A stretch of DNA of 64,000 nt from a candidate division WOR-3 bacterium (GTDB lineage Bacteria > Hydrothermota > Tepidihabitantia > Tepidihabitantales > Tepidihabitantaceae), in NCBI GenBank assembly GCA_026418295.1, contig JAOABP010000002.1, positions 26,244 through 90,243 of the forward strand, in the 5' to 3' direction. Under the pieces are notes generated by a model. It saw only the letters and a list, made by a program, of their open reading frames with translations, had not been told where the DNA came from and made no database searches. Numbering within the stretch: the stretch's first letter is position 1; every line of letters starts with the position of its first letter. Shown one piece after another: positions 47,212 to 57,548 of this stretch. The position numbers and the translations under genes are program-made.

Positions 47212-48036
47212 TCACTCTTTAAGTCCGGCACGTGCCTGAGACTGGATGATCTGTTTCTGGGCGATAAAGAAAAGGATAACGAGCGGAATGATGGAGAGTG
47301 TAGTCGCTGCCATCAACAGGGTATAGTTAGTGGACTGCTCACGGGAGAAGTATGCCAGTCCCACCTGCAGGGGACGGATGTGATCGGAGTTGGTAACGAT
47401 CAGGGGCCAGAAGAAGGAATTCCAGCTGGAGATGACATTGAAGACGATGATCGTGGCAATTGGCGCCCGACACAACGGGATGACAATCCGGAGGAGAGTT
47501 TGAAGGGTGGAAAGGCCGTCAATTCTGGCGGCGTCAAACAGGTCCTGTGGCAGCTGACGGATGTGCTGGCGCAGGAGAAAAATGGAGAAGATATTGACAA
47601 TCCAGGGCACGATCATTGCCGCATAGGTGTCAATCCAGCCGAGCCGGTAGAGGATCATATAAGAGGGGACAAGGTAGACCGGCAGCGGAATCATCATCAG
47701 GGCGAGCAGGAGCATAAACAGGACTTCCCGCCCCGGAAAACGGAGCCGGGCGAAGGCGTAGGCTGCCGGGATGCCGGTGAAGAGGATGCCCGCAACCGAC
47801 AGCAGGGTGATGAGCACAGTGTTGCCCAGATAGCGCCACAGTGGAATCTGGCGGAATACCTCGAGATAGTTACTGAACTGCCACTTTGCCGGTATCCAGG
47901 TAGGCGGAAAGAGCAACGCCTCAAGCGGGGTCTTGAGTGAGGTGACGACCATCCAGTAAAAGGGCAGGAGCATAGAGACACTGCCCATAATCAGCAGGAG
48001 ATGGACCGGCAGGTTGCGGACGGTTCTTTTAGCCAT
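47212..48036 (-). CDS. carbohydrate ABC transporter permease (MalG/UgpE-like)
   Basis: Six TM helices. EAA-loop region DAARIDGLSTLQTLLRIVIPL. Confidence 0.85.
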   Translation of the reverse strand: MAKRTVRNLPVHLLLIMGSVSMLLPFYWMVVTSLKTPLEALLFPPTWIPAKWQFSNYLEVFRQIPLWRYLGNTVLITLLSVAGILFTGIPAAYAFARLRFPGREVLFMLLLALMMIPLPVYLVPSYMILYRLGWIDTYAAMIVPWIVNIFSIFLLRQHIRQLPQDLFDAARIDGLSTLQTLLRIVIPLCRAPIATIIVFNVISSWNSFFWPLIVTNSDHIRPLQVGLAYFSREQSTNYTLLMAATTLSIIPLVILFFIAQKQIIQSQARAGLKE

Positions 48037-48982
48037 AATGCACCTTTTTCTCCAGAACCAGCCGCTGGAGGATGGTCAGGCAAAGGATAATGAGGAAGGC
48101 AATAAAGGCAATTGCAGCACCGTAACCGAGGCGCCAGAGTTCAAAGGCATTCTCATAGAAATAATACATCACCACTTTGGTAGTGCCCAGTGGTCCGCCC
48201 GGCGGTGGTCCGGTCATAATCCAGACTTGGGCGAAGGTCTCAAAGGCGGCAATTGAGCTCATAATCAGAACATAGTAGGTCGTCGGTGAGAGCAGAGGCC
48301 AGGTGATTTTCCAGAAGGTTTTAAACCGGGATGCGCCGTCAATCCTTGCCGCCTCATAATAGGTCTTAGGAATGTTCTGCAGACCGGCAAGGAAGAGGAC
48401 GATGTTGTAGCCGAGCGCCTTCCAGATGCCCATCAGGACAAGCGAGATCAGGGCAATTGACGGACCGCGCAGGGCATAAGGAAGATTGTTGCCGTGACTG
48501 CCCAGAATCAGCTGGAAGATACCCCGCGGGTCCTGAAGCCAGCGGATACCGGTGATGTCAGCGAGGGAAAGAAAGTAATTGAAGACGCCACGTTCCGGAT
48601 GAAGGAGCCATTTCCAGACAACAGATACAGCAACAATGGAGGTGACCACCGGCAAGTAATAGATGGTCCGGTAGACACTCAAGCCGCGGATGCGCTGATT
48701 GAGCAGCAGGGCGATAAAGAGGGAGAAAAATATTGTTACCGGGACTTCAAAAATGATATACCAGCCGGTGTTCAGGAGTGATTTGTAAAACATCGGGTCT
48801 TTGAGGACTTCAAGATAATTTCCCAGGCCGACAAAGGAACGGGGACCAGCCATACCCCAGTCATACAGACTCATCCGGACTGACAGCAGAATCGGAATTA
48901 TGCGAAAGGCGATGAGAATGAGGAGTGCCGGCAGGAGCAACAGAATGGCATTAATTGCTTCACGGACAGGTCGGGATGGCAT
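48029..48982 (-). CDS. carbohydrate ABC transporter permease (MalF/UgpA-like)
   Basis: EAARIDGASRFKTFWKITWPLL EAA motif. Multi-TM. 8-nt overlap with the downstream permease. Confidence 0.85.
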   Translation of the reverse strand: MPSRPVREAINAILLLLPALLILIAFRIIPILLSVRMSLYDWGMAGPRSFVGLGNYLEVLKDPMFYKSLLNTGWYIIFEVPVTIFFSLFIALLLNQRIRGLSVYRTIYYLPVVTSIVAVSVVWKWLLHPERGVFNYFLSLADITGIRWLQDPRGIFQLILGSHGNNLPYALRGPSIALISLVLMGIWKALGYNIVLFLAGLQNIPKTYYEAARIDGASRFKTFWKITWPLLSPTTYYVLIMSSIAAFETFAQVWIMTGPPPGGPLGTTKVVMYYFYENAFELWRLGYGAAIAFIAFLIILCLTILQRLVLEKKVHYG

Positions 48983-49090
48983 TTTTTACCTATTATAAAC
49001 AGTGCACCGGATGAGTCAAATCCACCTCAAAAGCCAGATTTGACTGCAAGCCAGCCGGGCATAATCTATATCTTATCCAGGAGGAACACG

Positions 49091-49666
49091 ATGAGCAGGA
49101 AACTGATACCCGTAATAATATTGAGTGTCATTTTACTAACCGGCTGTGGAGGACCGAAGTCAACTACCTCCAGTCAGCAGAGTGTATCTGTGACTGAAGA
49201 TAGCCCGGTGCTTGTAATCACCAGTCCTTATTTTGCTGATAGAGAGACGATTCCCAGGAAGTTTACCGGCGATGGCGAGGATGTATCGCCCGAACTGCGC
49301 TGGGATAATGTGCCTTCCGGAACCAGAAGTTTTGCATTAATCTGTTCTGACCCGGATGCGCCGCTGGGCACATTCATTCACTGGGTGATTTATGACCTGC
49401 CCGCAGATGTCCGGCACCTGCCTGAGGGAATGCCGAAAACGGGTGTGCTGGATAATGGCGCCCGGCAGGGGGTTAACGGGTTCAGACAACTGGGGTATAA
49501 CGGACCCAAACCGCCACCCGGCAGGCCGCACCGGTATATTTTCCGGCTTTACGCACTGGATACCATTTTCGGTGCCGAACCGGGAATATCTGCCGGCAGA
49601 CTTGCCGGAATGATGGAGAATCATATTCTTGCAACTGCCGAATTGACAGGAATTTATGGAAAGTAG
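49091..49666 (+). CDS. YbhB/YbcL-family phosphatidylethanolamine-binding protein (PEBP), lipoprotein
   Basis: Signal peptide IILSVILLTGCGG. DPDAP…HW, GYNGPKPPPGRPHRY, FRLYALD PEBP motifs. Confidence 0.85.
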   Translation: MSRKLIPVIILSVILLTGCGGPKSTTSSQQSVSVTEDSPVLVITSPYFADRETIPRKFTGDGEDVSPELRWDNVPSGTRSFALICSDPDAPLGTFIHWVIYDLPADVRHLPEGMPKTGVLDNGARQGVNGFRQLGYNGPKPPPGRPHRYIFRLYALDTIFGAEPGISAGRLAGMMENHILATAELTGIYGK

Positions 49667-50189
49667 TTATAAAGAAAAATATCCCCAGCTTGCCGAGCTG
49701 GACCGGGATTTTTTGATTTCAATCCTTGAGGATGCGGCAAAGAACTGGCTGGCGCATGACGGGTTGTGGTTTCAGGGAGTGGAGCGCAGGTTCGGCATGG
49801 AAACTGCGATTGAGATTGATGCCGAGGCGTGGCGGCAGTTTACCGTGATTGAGGCAAGGCGGATTATGGAGCGGCACGGTATTGCGCCGGGAAGCGGAAT
49901 TTCCGGACTTGCGCGGGCTCTGGGTTTCCGGCTCTATGCCTTTATCAACCGGCAGGAGATCACCGAGCAGACCCAGAACCGGCTGGTGTTTACGATGAAG
50001 GAGTGCCGGGTGCAGGCGGCGCGCAAGCGCAAGGGGCTTGATGACTTTCCCTGCAAAACTGTGGGTCTGGTTGAATATGAGTGGTTTGCCAGAACGGTTG
50101 ATGAGCGGATACAGACCCGTTGTCTTTTCTGCCCGCCGGACCGGCATCCGGATGATGCCTGGTGTTCCTGGGAGTTTGTGATTAAATGA
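49656..50189 (+). CDS. hypothetical protein (possibly ATC-hydrolase/DUF-type cytosolic protein)
   Basis: WLAHDGLWFQGVERRFGMETAIEID region. Family assignment is recollection only. Confidence 0.4.
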   Translation: MESSYKEKYPQLAELDRDFLISILEDAAKNWLAHDGLWFQGVERRFGMETAIEIDAEAWRQFTVIEARRIMERHGIAPGSGISGLARALGFRLYAFINRQEITEQTQNRLVFTMKECRVQAARKRKGLDDFPCKTVGLVEYEWFARTVDERIQTRCLFCPPDRHPDDAWCSWEFVIK

Positions 50190-50899
50190 GTCGAGCGTCA
50201 GAAACCGGTTCCTCCAGACGCTACACGATGCGGGATGTGCCGGCAGCGGAGCGTCCCCGGGAACGGCTGGTGCGCTATGGTGCGGACAAGCTTTCCGGTG
50301 AGGAGCTCCTTGCGGTCTTAATCAGCCGGGGAACATCCGGAGTGCCGGTGCGGGAGATTGCCCATGAGCTTTTGGTGCGTTTCGGCTCGGTGGCGCGGAT
50401 TGCAGAGGCAAGTATTGAGGAGCTGAAGCAGGTGCCGGGTATCGGTCTGGCAAAAGCCTGTCAGCTCAAGGCGGCGTTTGAGCTGGCCCGTCGCTACCTC
50501 GAAAGTCAGGTTCCGGAGCAGAGACAAGAGCTGACCTCACCGGAGGCGGTGGTAAAACTCCTTCTGCCGCGCCTGATTGAGAAGAAAAAGGAGTGTTTCT
50601 TTACCGTGCTGCTTGATGCCCGGAACCGGCACATAAGGACCGAACAGGTTTCAGTCGGCAGTCTGGACACCACCCTTGCCCATCCGCGCGAGGTTTTTGA
50701 TGCGGCGGTCCATGACCATGCACCGGCGGTAATTCTGGTGCACAATCACCCCTCCGGAGACCCGACACCGTCAGAGGAGGATATCAGACTGACGAGACGG
50801 CTGGTTGAGGCGGGCAAGCTCCTGGGAATCAGGGTACAGGATCACATCATAATTGCCGGCAGTTCCTATTACAGCTTCCGCAGTCACGGACTGCTGTAG
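50186..50899 (+). CDS. radC: RadC-family JAB/MPN domain protein
   Basis: HhH N-terminus (ELLAVLI…G, VPGIGLAKACQLKAAFEL). JAMM motif HNHPSGDPTPSEEDIRLT. Confidence 0.9.
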   Translation: MSRASETGSSRRYTMRDVPAAERPRERLVRYGADKLSGEELLAVLISRGTSGVPVREIAHELLVRFGSVARIAEASIEELKQVPGIGLAKACQLKAAFELARRYLESQVPEQRQELTSPEAVVKLLLPRLIEKKKECFFTVLLDARNRHIRTEQVSVGSLDTTLAHPREVFDAAVHDHAPAVILVHNHPSGDPTPSEEDIRLTRRLVEAGKLLGIRVQDHIIIAGSSYYSFRSHGLL

Positions 50900-50909
50900 G
50901 TCTCAGGCT

Positions 50910-51134
50910 TCAGACCTCTTCAGGTGGGGGCCAGACCGCCATGCAGGCAGGGTTGGCGCAGCGCAGGGTTTCTGCCCGGCAGGCTTTGAGACAGCGGGGG
51001 CAGGAGGCGCTGCTGACTCTGCCATCCGGTTCCAGATATGCCTCTTCCTCCCAGTTGTAATTGCACTTTTCACAGAAGTAGCCGGCAAGGGTTTCTTTAC
51101 GGTTGCAGGAGGGACAGCGACAGCGATTGCTCAT
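50910..51134 (-). CDS. small Cys-rich zinc-ribbon protein (74 aa, 11 Cys)
   Basis: CPSCNRK…CEKCNYNW…CPRCLKAC…CANPAC pattern of four CxxC pairs. Confidence 0.45.
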   Translation of the reverse strand: MSNRCRCPSCNRKETLAGYFCEKCNYNWEEEAYLEPDGRVSSASCPRCLKACRAETLRCANPACMAVWPPPEEV

Positions 51135-51215
51135 AGCTTAAATATAGTCAGCATGAATTCCGCTGTCAACTCCTGAACCGCTTGCCTTTTGCTACCGGCA
51201 GGTTAAACTGAAGAT

Positions 51216-52076
51216 GTGGTTGCGCTGATTACCGGGGTCAAGGGTTTGCTGGGTACTTATTTGTCTTTTTTTCTCAGGGCTGAAGGTGTCAGAGTTACCG
51301 GCTGGGATCTGCCGGAGCATGATATTACCCGGATTGAGGAGTGTATTAACGCCATCCACGAGGAAAATCCGGAGGTGATTTTCCATCTTGCCGCCTGGAC
51401 CGATGTTGACGGCTGTGAGGCGGAGCCGGCGCGGGCGCTGGCGGTAAATTTTCAGGGGACCTGGGCGGTGGCGCTCGGTGCGGCGGAAACTGGGTGTAAA
51501 CTTGTGTATTTGTCAACCGATTATGTTTTTGATGGCAGGAAGCGGAAACCCTACCGGGAGAGCGACAGGCCCAATCCGCTTTCGGTCTACGGCAGAAGCA
51601 AATACCTGGGTGAACAGGTGGTGATGAAGAACTGCCGGCGTTATTTTATTGTCCGGACGAGCCGGCTTTTCGGCCGACACGGCAGAAATTTTGTCAATAC
51701 GATTCTCAGCCGGGCAAAGGTGGATGGTGAGCTCCGGGTGGTCAATGATCAGACCGGTTCGCCGACTTATGCGAAAGATCTGTGTCTGCCACTGGTGCGG
51801 CTTGTTCGCTCCGAACATTACGGCATCTATCATCTGACCAATTCCGGTCAGTGTACCTGGTTTGAGTTTGCCCGGGAGATTGTCAGGCTTGCCGGCTTGA
51901 ACTGCAAGGTCATACCGATTACGACCGCCGAAAGCGGACGCCGGGCACCGAGGCCCGCATATTCGGTGCTGGACAATCATCATTACCGGCGCCGGTTCGG
52001 TTTGGAGTTGAGACCCTGGCAGGAGGCATTAAGGAGTTATCTTGATGAGATACAGGCAGCCGAAACTGGCGGTTGA
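51216..52076 (+). CDS. rfbD: dTDP-4-dehydrorhamnose reductase
   Basis: GTG start. LITGVKGLLG Rossmann motif; HLAAWTDVD; LVYLSTDYVFDG; RTSRLFG. All RmlD hallmarks. Confidence 0.85.
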   Translation: MVALITGVKGLLGTYLSFFLRAEGVRVTGWDLPEHDITRIEECINAIHEENPEVIFHLAAWTDVDGCEAEPARALAVNFQGTWAVALGAAETGCKLVYLSTDYVFDGRKRKPYRESDRPNPLSVYGRSKYLGEQVVMKNCRRYFIVRTSRLFGRHGRNFVNTILSRAKVDGELRVVNDQTGSPTYAKDLCLPLVRLVRSEHYGIYHLTNSGQCTWFEFAREIVRLAGLNCKVIPITTAESGRRAPRPAYSVLDNHHYRRRFGLELRPWQEALRSYLDEIQAAETGG

Positions 52077-52461
52077 CTGCATAATCCGGCTCCGGGACCG
52101 GGTGGTGCTGATTTACCGGCGGAATGAGCCGAAGGGCTGGGCACTGCCGGGCGGATTTGTGAACTACGGCGAGACGGTGGAGGAGGCGGTGGTGCGGGAG
52201 ATCCGGGAGGAAACCGGTCTGGAGCTGGATAATCTCCAGCAGTTTCATGTCTATTCGGATCCGAAGCGCGACCCACGGTGGCACTGTGTTTCGGTGGTTT
52301 TTACCGCCGAGGGCAGAGGAGAACCGCGTGCCGGGGATGATGCAGGCAGAATCATGCTGGTGGAGCTGGACCGACTGGATGAGGTTAATTTAGTTTTTGA
52401 TCACCGGCAGATTCTTGAGGACTACCGCGGGCAGTGCGGTGCTAATCCGGATAGGCGTTAA
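52045..52461 (+). CDS. NUDIX hydrolase
   Basis: Nudix box GWALPGGFVNYGETVEEAVVREIREETGL. Overlaps the rfbD 3' end by about 32 nt. Confidence 0.85.
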   Translation: MRYRQPKLAVDCIIRLRDRVVLIYRRNEPKGWALPGGFVNYGETVEEAVVREIREETGLELDNLQQFHVYSDPKRDPRWHCVSVVFTAEGRGEPRAGDDAGRIMLVELDRLDEVNLVFDHRQILEDYRGQCGANPDRR

Positions 52462-54256
52462 GCTGCTTTGCCCATTTGTTGAGCTGCTGGCGCCGGGTGT
52501 TATCATCTTCGGGCAAAACCAGCGGCCGGCCGCGGGCGTCAATTATCACTCCGGATAATCCGCCTTCCACTTCCGCTTCAACGGTCTTGCCCGAGCCGGC
52601 GCCGGCATCAAATCCCCGCTCCGGAGTGATCACCGCCTTTGCCTTTTCACCTACCGGGAGGGGCAGGCATTGAATGTCACCGAAGTTAACCTTTGCCTCA
52701 AATGTTTCTCCATTATTCTTGATTATCCTGACATGAACACAGGTTTTGCCTTCCTTGCCCTGGCCCGCCGGTGAGATGCTCGTGCCAAGGTGAATCAGAC
52801 AGTCCTTTTCAAAGACTTCCTGTGCTGCCTCCGGATGGACTTCAGTCAGCACCCCGAGATGAGGCATCATGAAGATGGAGTCTACGGTGAGCCGGGTGAC
52901 TCCTTCGGGTTGAAATGCGTCCAAAAGCATCATTGCCGCCTGTGCCCGGCGCGGGGCATGGGAGAGCGCACCGCCGGAACCGACGATCAGTGCCAGTTCC
53001 ATCATATTGACCAGTGTTTCTCCGGTGCGTGCCTGCGCAAAGGCGTCGGAGATGGTCCGCTCCTGCTGGACACCCTTGAGTCCGACTGCCATCGATTTGT
53101 GATGTTGAAGTGCAAGGCGCAGGGCTTCACGGGCAATTGCCTGCTCCAGCTTCAGGTCCTCCAAAGTTGAAGGTATAGTAGTAGGCCGGATCATCTTGTT
53201 GCGAATCCGGTTCCGGACTTCGCTTGTCGGGATGTCGAGCGGCAGCCAGCGGATGATGTTCTTTTCACCGGCTTCAGCCAGCACATTGGAGACGGAATAG
53301 GACATGCCGAGATTGGCGGAGACGGTGCGGTTGAAAATGCCCTGAAATACGCTGAATACATCGGTGGTGGCACCGCCGATGTCCACCCCCAGGACCGCAA
53401 TCCCCTGACTTTTGCCGATATTTTCAATCAGGAGTCCGACCGCACCGGGTGTGGGCATGATCGGGACATCGGTCCATTCCATCAGTTTCCGGTAGCCGGG
53501 TGCGTGTGCCATCACATGTTCCATGAACAGGTCATGGATCTTATGCCGTGCCGGTCCGAGATTTTCCCGCTCAAGCACGGGCCGGATGTTTTCAACAATT
53601 ACCAGACTGGTTTTATCCTTCAGTGTCTTCAGAACCAGTTCCCGGGCGTCCTTGTTGCCGGCATAGATGACCGGCAGGTTGTAGCCAATACCGAAACGGG
53701 GTTTGGGATCGGCCGCGGCGATCAGTTCAGCCAGTTCTACAACATGGGAAACGGTGCCGCCATCAACCCCGCCGGAGAGCAGAATCATGTCCGGCCGCAG
53801 GGTCCGGATCCGTTCGATCTTTTCGTGAGGAAGCCGGCCGTCGTTGGAGGCGATGACATCCATGACGATGGCGCCGGCACCCAGCGCTGCCCGGGCCGCA
53901 CTTTCTCCGGTCATCGTGAGTACGACCCCGGCAACCATCATCTGCAAGCCGCCACCGGCCGAGGAGGTGGAAATGTAGATGTCAGTTCCTTCTTTTTCAC
54001 TTGCCTTGGGTTTGTAGATGCCTTCGCCTTTGACCAGTTTAACCCCGGAAAGTTCTTCCACCTCCATCACCGAGTTAAGCACACCTTTGGTTACATCCTC
54101 AAACGGGGCTTCAACTGTCGTCGGTGCTTCACCCCGGACGATCAGCCGGTATTCACTGCCCCGTTTCTCAATCAGAATTGCCTTGGTGGTAGTGGAGCCA
54201 CAGTCGGTGGCAAGGATACGGGTAATCTTTTCTTTATCAAACTTTGGTTTGTCCAT
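52442..54256 (-). CDS. GlmL/MutL-family (glutamate-mutase-accessory-like, ASKHA-fold) protein, about 605 aa with C-terminal extension
   Basis: N-terminal ILATDCGSTTTKAIL and central VLGVDIGGATTDVFSV sugar-kinase/Hsp70-fold phosphate motifs, as in GlmL/MutL-like proteins. Convergent 20-nt overlap with the NUDIX gene. Confidence 0.55.
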   Translation of the reverse strand: MDKPKFDKEKITRILATDCGSTTTKAILIEKRGSEYRLIVRGEAPTTVEAPFEDVTKGVLNSVMEVEELSGVKLVKGEGIYKPKASEKEGTDIYISTSSAGGGLQMMVAGVVLTMTGESAARAALGAGAIVMDVIASNDGRLPHEKIERIRTLRPDMILLSGGVDGGTVSHVVELAELIAAADPKPRFGIGYNLPVIYAGNKDARELVLKTLKDKTSLVIVENIRPVLERENLGPARHKIHDLFMEHVMAHAPGYRKLMEWTDVPIMPTPGAVGLLIENIGKSQGIAVLGVDIGGATTDVFSVFQGIFNRTVSANLGMSYSVSNVLAEAGEKNIIRWLPLDIPTSEVRNRIRNKMIRPTTIPSTLEDLKLEQAIAREALRLALQHHKSMAVGLKGVQQERTISDAFAQARTGETLVNMMELALIVGSGGALSHAPRRAQAAMMLLDAFQPEGVTRLTVDSIFMMPHLGVLTEVHPEAAQEVFEKDCLIHLGTSISPAGQGKEGKTCVHVRIIKNNGETFEAKVNFGDIQCLPLPVGEKAKAVITPERGFDAGAGSGKTVEAEVEGGLSGVIIDARGRPLVLPEDDNTRRQQLNKWAKQLNAYPD

Positions 54257-54563
54257 TTTCACCCTCACTTTCGGTTTTAGGCCCTCGGCGCTCCTCTTCC
54301 AGCTGTTCAATCGTCTGAATCAGAATTTCAATGTTAGCGCGGTCCTCTAACAGGGCGGCAATCTCATCATACTGGTGGAAGGGAAAAAGCGCCATGATGA
54401 TTGGCTGGAAAAAAACCATCAGCTGGGAGCCGACAAAGGAGAGCGGTTTGGTTGATTCCAGCAGAACAATCGCTACCGGCGTAAGCCGGAGCTCGACCGT
54501 CTTGCGGGCGATTCGGGTCAGAATCTCGGTCTTGCGTTCGGGGGTAATATCAGAGGCAAACAT
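54237..54563 (-). CDS. hypothetical protein (108 aa)
   Basis: ORF tightly packed between gcvPB (1-nt gap) and the GlmL-like gene (20-nt overlap). No motif recognised. Confidence 0.4.
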   Translation of the reverse strand: MFASDITPERKTEILTRIARKTVELRLTPVAIVLLESTKPLSFVGSQLMVFFQPIIMALFPFHQYDEIAALLEDRANIEILIQTIEQLEEERRGPKTESEGENGQTKV

Positions 54564-56009
54564 CTATTCCTGATAGTTGACATCCAGCAATCTTGACGCC
54601 CGTGCTTCATCAAGCCGGCGCACCGGAGTAGAGTGGGGAGCATTATGGAGGATTTCCGGTTGCGTTCGGGCTTCCTCGGCGATCTGCTTCATTGCCTGGA
54701 CGAATTCATCGAGCGATTCCTTTGATTCAGTTTCAGTTGGTTCGATCATCAGCGCCTCCGGTACGATCAACGGAAAGTAGACAGTGGGTGCATGCAGGCC
54801 GAAGTCAAGCAGCCGTTTTGCCACATCCAGCGTCCGGACGCCGTGCTGTTTGAGGTTGTTGCCAGAAAAGACCACTTCATGCAGGGACCGCCGGGCGTAG
54901 GGAAGTTCGTAAATTCCTTCCAGTTCACGGCGGATGTAATTGGCGTTGAGCACCGCACATTCGGCGACCCGCTTCAAACCATCGGCACCGAGCATACGGA
55001 TGTAGGTGTAGGCGCGGACCAGAACCAAAAACTGGCCTAGGGAACCCAGAACTCTGCCGATGGAATCAGGACGGTCATATTCCAGCCTGTACCCATTTTC
55101 GCCTTTGACAATTACCGGGCGGGGCAGAAATGGCTCCAGGTGTTTTTTGACCGCAACCGGTCCGGCACCGGGTCCGCCACCACCGTGCGGTGTGGAGAAG
55201 GTCTTGTGAAGGTTGATGTGCATCAGATCAAAGCCCGCATCAGCCGGGCGATGAATTCCCAGGTAGGCATTGAGGTTGGCACCATCAAGGTAGACGAGTG
55301 CACCCTGCTCGTGCATGATTTCGCAGATCCGTTTGATCTCCGACTCAAACAGCCCGAGGGTGTTGGGATTGGTGACCATCAGGCAGGCAACGGAGTTGTT
55401 GCAGGTACGCATCAGCTCCTGCGGGTCAATCAGTCCCTGGTCAGTGGATTTGATCTGGACTGCCTGGAATCCGGAAAGCACTACTGAAGCGGGGTTAGTA
55501 CCGTGGGCCGAGTCGGGTACAAGCACGAGATTACGGTTCTCACCCTTCTTTTCAAAATACCTGCGCACCATCATGATGCCGGTAAGTTCACCGTGGGCAC
55601 CGGCAGCAGGCTGCAGGGTTACAGCATCAAATCCGGTAATCTCCTTCAGAAATTCTCCGAGTTCAAACATCAGCTGGAGTGCACCCTGGATCAGCGTTTC
55701 CGGTCCGTAGGGATGAAGGCTGGTAAAGCCGGGTAACCTGCAGGTCAGTTCATTGACCTTTGGATTGTATTTCATCGTGCAGGAGCCCAGCGGATAGAAA
55801 CCTTTATCTACATGGTGGTTCAGCGTGGAGAGCCGGGTGAAATGGCGGATGATGTCAATTTCCGACAATTCCGGGAGGCGATTATCAGCCCGGACCATAT
55901 TAGAACCGAAAACGGCAGCCGGGTCAACTGCAGGAACATCAAGTTCCGGCAGAGACCAGGCACGTCTGCCAGGGCAGGAAAGTTCAAAGAGTGATTTTTC
56001 CGGTTTCAT
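54564..56009 (-). CDS. gcvPB: glycine dehydrogenase (aminomethyl-transferring) subunit 2
   Basis: PLP-lysine region [22 protein letters not shown]. About 480 aa. Confidence 0.93.
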   Translation of the reverse strand: MKPEKSLFELSCPGRRAWSLPELDVPAVDPAAVFGSNMVRADNRLPELSEIDIIRHFTRLSTLNHHVDKGFYPLGSCTMKYNPKVNELTCRLPGFTSLHPYGPETLIQGALQLMFELGEFLKEITGFDAVTLQPAAGAHGELTGIMMVRRYFEKKGENRNLVLVPDSAHGTNPASVVLSGFQAVQIKSTDQGLIDPQELMRTCNNSVACLMVTNPNTLGLFESEIKRICEIMHEQGALVYLDGANLNAYLGIHRPADAGFDLMHINLHKTFSTPHGGGGPGAGPVAVKKHLEPFLPRPVIVKGENGYRLEYDRPDSIGRVLGSLGQFLVLVRAYTYIRMLGADGLKRVAECAVLNANYIRRELEGIYELPYARRSLHEVVFSGNNLKQHGVRTLDVAKRLLDFGLHAPTVYFPLIVPEALMIEPTETESKESLDEFVQAMKQIAEEARTQPEILHNAPHSTPVRRLDEARASRLLDVNYQE

Positions 56010-56203
56010 TTTTTCCTCATACTGGTGATCAGCCGGTCGATCGACCGGTCATAGGTTCTTTCTGCTTCCGGGGGAAAGAAGCAGCCGGGGATTTCTCCGT
56101 GCTGGCGGTGATAAGCCACACATTCACAGCAGCGTCCTTTCCGGGCGCACGGTTCATAGGTGCAGGTGCAGTTGTTGCGGTTTGCCTTCAGGTTACATTC
56201 CAT
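56006..56203 (-). CDS. Cys-rich micro-protein (65 aa) embedded between gcvPA and gcvPB
   Basis: [43 protein letters not shown]…; ATG start verified on minus strand (cat 56201-56203). Overlaps the gcvPA stop by 11 nt and the gcvPB start by 4 nt. The ORF-track 120-aa version is an upstream extension into gcvPA. Confidence 0.5.
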   Translation of the reverse strand: MECNLKANRNNCTCTYEPCARKGRCCECVAYHRQHGEIPGCFFPPEAERTYDRSIDRLITSMRKK

Positions 56204-57548
56204 AGTTGCTCCTGAACTGTTTGATGAATGATAGATACTGATTAAGCTCCTGACGGGTGCGTCTTTCCGTGACCGCAACGAGCAGCCGGTTCTGCCACTG
56301 CGGGTTGAACTGTCCGAGATCAACGCCAGGCAGAATCCCCTGCTGGACCCCGGCGGCGATAATTTCACCTGCCGGGACTGGGGTTTCTACGACAAATTCC
56401 TTGAAGCAGGGGGCAGAGGTGGGCAGCTTAAAGCCCGGAATTTCTGCAATAGCAGTGGCAAGATATGTTGCCTTTGCCAGACACTGCCGGGCAACCTCTT
56501 TGATTCCTTCTTTGCCCATCCAGGCAAGATAAACGGTGGCAGCCAGTGCACACAGCGCCTGATTGGTGCAGATATTGGAGGTGGCACGTTCACGCCGGAT
56601 ATGCTGTTCCCGGGTCTGAAGCGCCAGCACATAGCCGGTCCTGCCTTCAACATCAACTGTACGGGCGGCAATCCTGCCAGGCATATGACGGATGTATTTC
56701 TTTTTGGCAGTCAGAATTCCGAGATAGGGTCCGCCCAGGGAAAGGGGAATGCCCAGTCCCTGACCTTCTGCAACCGCAATGTCGGCATCATAGGCGCCGG
56801 GTGGTTGAAGGATACCAAGAGATATGGGATCAACGGCAACGATAAGCAGTCCACCAGCTTCGTGAGTCAGCCGGCCAATTTCCTGAACTGGTTCCAGCGC
56901 ACCGAAGAAATTCGGATGCTGAATGATTACTGCCGCGGTATCGGTGTTGAGCAGTTTCTGCAGTCTATCGAGATCAGTGAGCAGGTTTTTGTCCGGAATG
57001 GCGACAATCGGGACATTCAAGCCATGGGCATAGGTGGCAATTACCTCACGATAGACCGGATTAACGGTCGCACTGACGAGCACCTGAGAGCGACCGGTAA
57101 TGTCCCGTGCCATGTGAACTGTCTCTGCCAAGGCGGAGGCGCAGTCATACATGGAGGCGTTGGCAACCTCCATTTCAAACAACCGGCAGACAAGGGACTG
57201 GAATTCATAGATTGACTGGAGTGTCCCCTGACTGACTTCAGCCTGATAAGGAGTATATGCGGTATAGAATTCCGACCGGGAGATGATCGTATCAATAAGT
57301 GCCGGCCGGTAGTGGTCATAGGCACCTGCCCCGGCAAAGCAGATCAGTTGGTCAGTGCCGGCGTTGAGGCGGGCGAGGCGACTGAGCTCGCTGATTACTT
57401 CGGGTTCGGAAAGAGGTCGGGGAAGGTTGAACCGGTGCCGGTATTTGAGTTCTTCCGGGATGGTATCAAAAAGTTCGTCAATGTTTTTTACGCCGATGCG
57501 GTCGAGCATCTGGCGAATATCTTCCGGAGTATGAGGCGCGTAATTCAA
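56193..57548 (-). CDS. gcvPA: glycine dehydrogenase (aminomethyl-transferring) subunit 1
   Basis: [34 protein letters not shown]. About 450 aa. Confidence 0.93.
   Translation of the reverse strand: MNYAPHTPEDIRQMLDRIGVKNIDELFDTIPEELKYRHRFNLPRPLSEPEVISELSRLARLNAGTDQLICFAGAGAYDHYRPALIDTIISRSEFYTAYTPYQAEVSQGTLQSIYEFQSLVCRLFEMEVANASMYDCASALAETVHMARDITGRSQVLVSATVNPVYREVIATYAHGLNVPIVAIPDKNLLTDLDRLQKLLNTDTAAVIIQHPNFFGALEPVQEIGRLTHEAGGLLIVAVDPISLGILQPPGAYDADIAVAEGQGLGIPLSLGGPYLGILTAKKKYIRHMPGRIAARTVDVEGRTGYVLALQTREQHIRRERATSNICTNQALCALAATVYLAWMGKEGIKEVARQCLAKATYLATAIAEIPGFKLPTSAPCFKEFVVETPVPAGEIIAAGVQQGILPGVDLGQFNPQWQNRLLVAVTERRTRQELNQYLSFIKQFRSNYGM

Noticed and set aside
56006-56368. 120-aa version of the Cys-rich ORF
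   Set aside because: The upstream 55 codons overlap gcvPA in another frame. An internal ATG at 56203 gives a 65-aa protein that begins right at the gcvPA stop.
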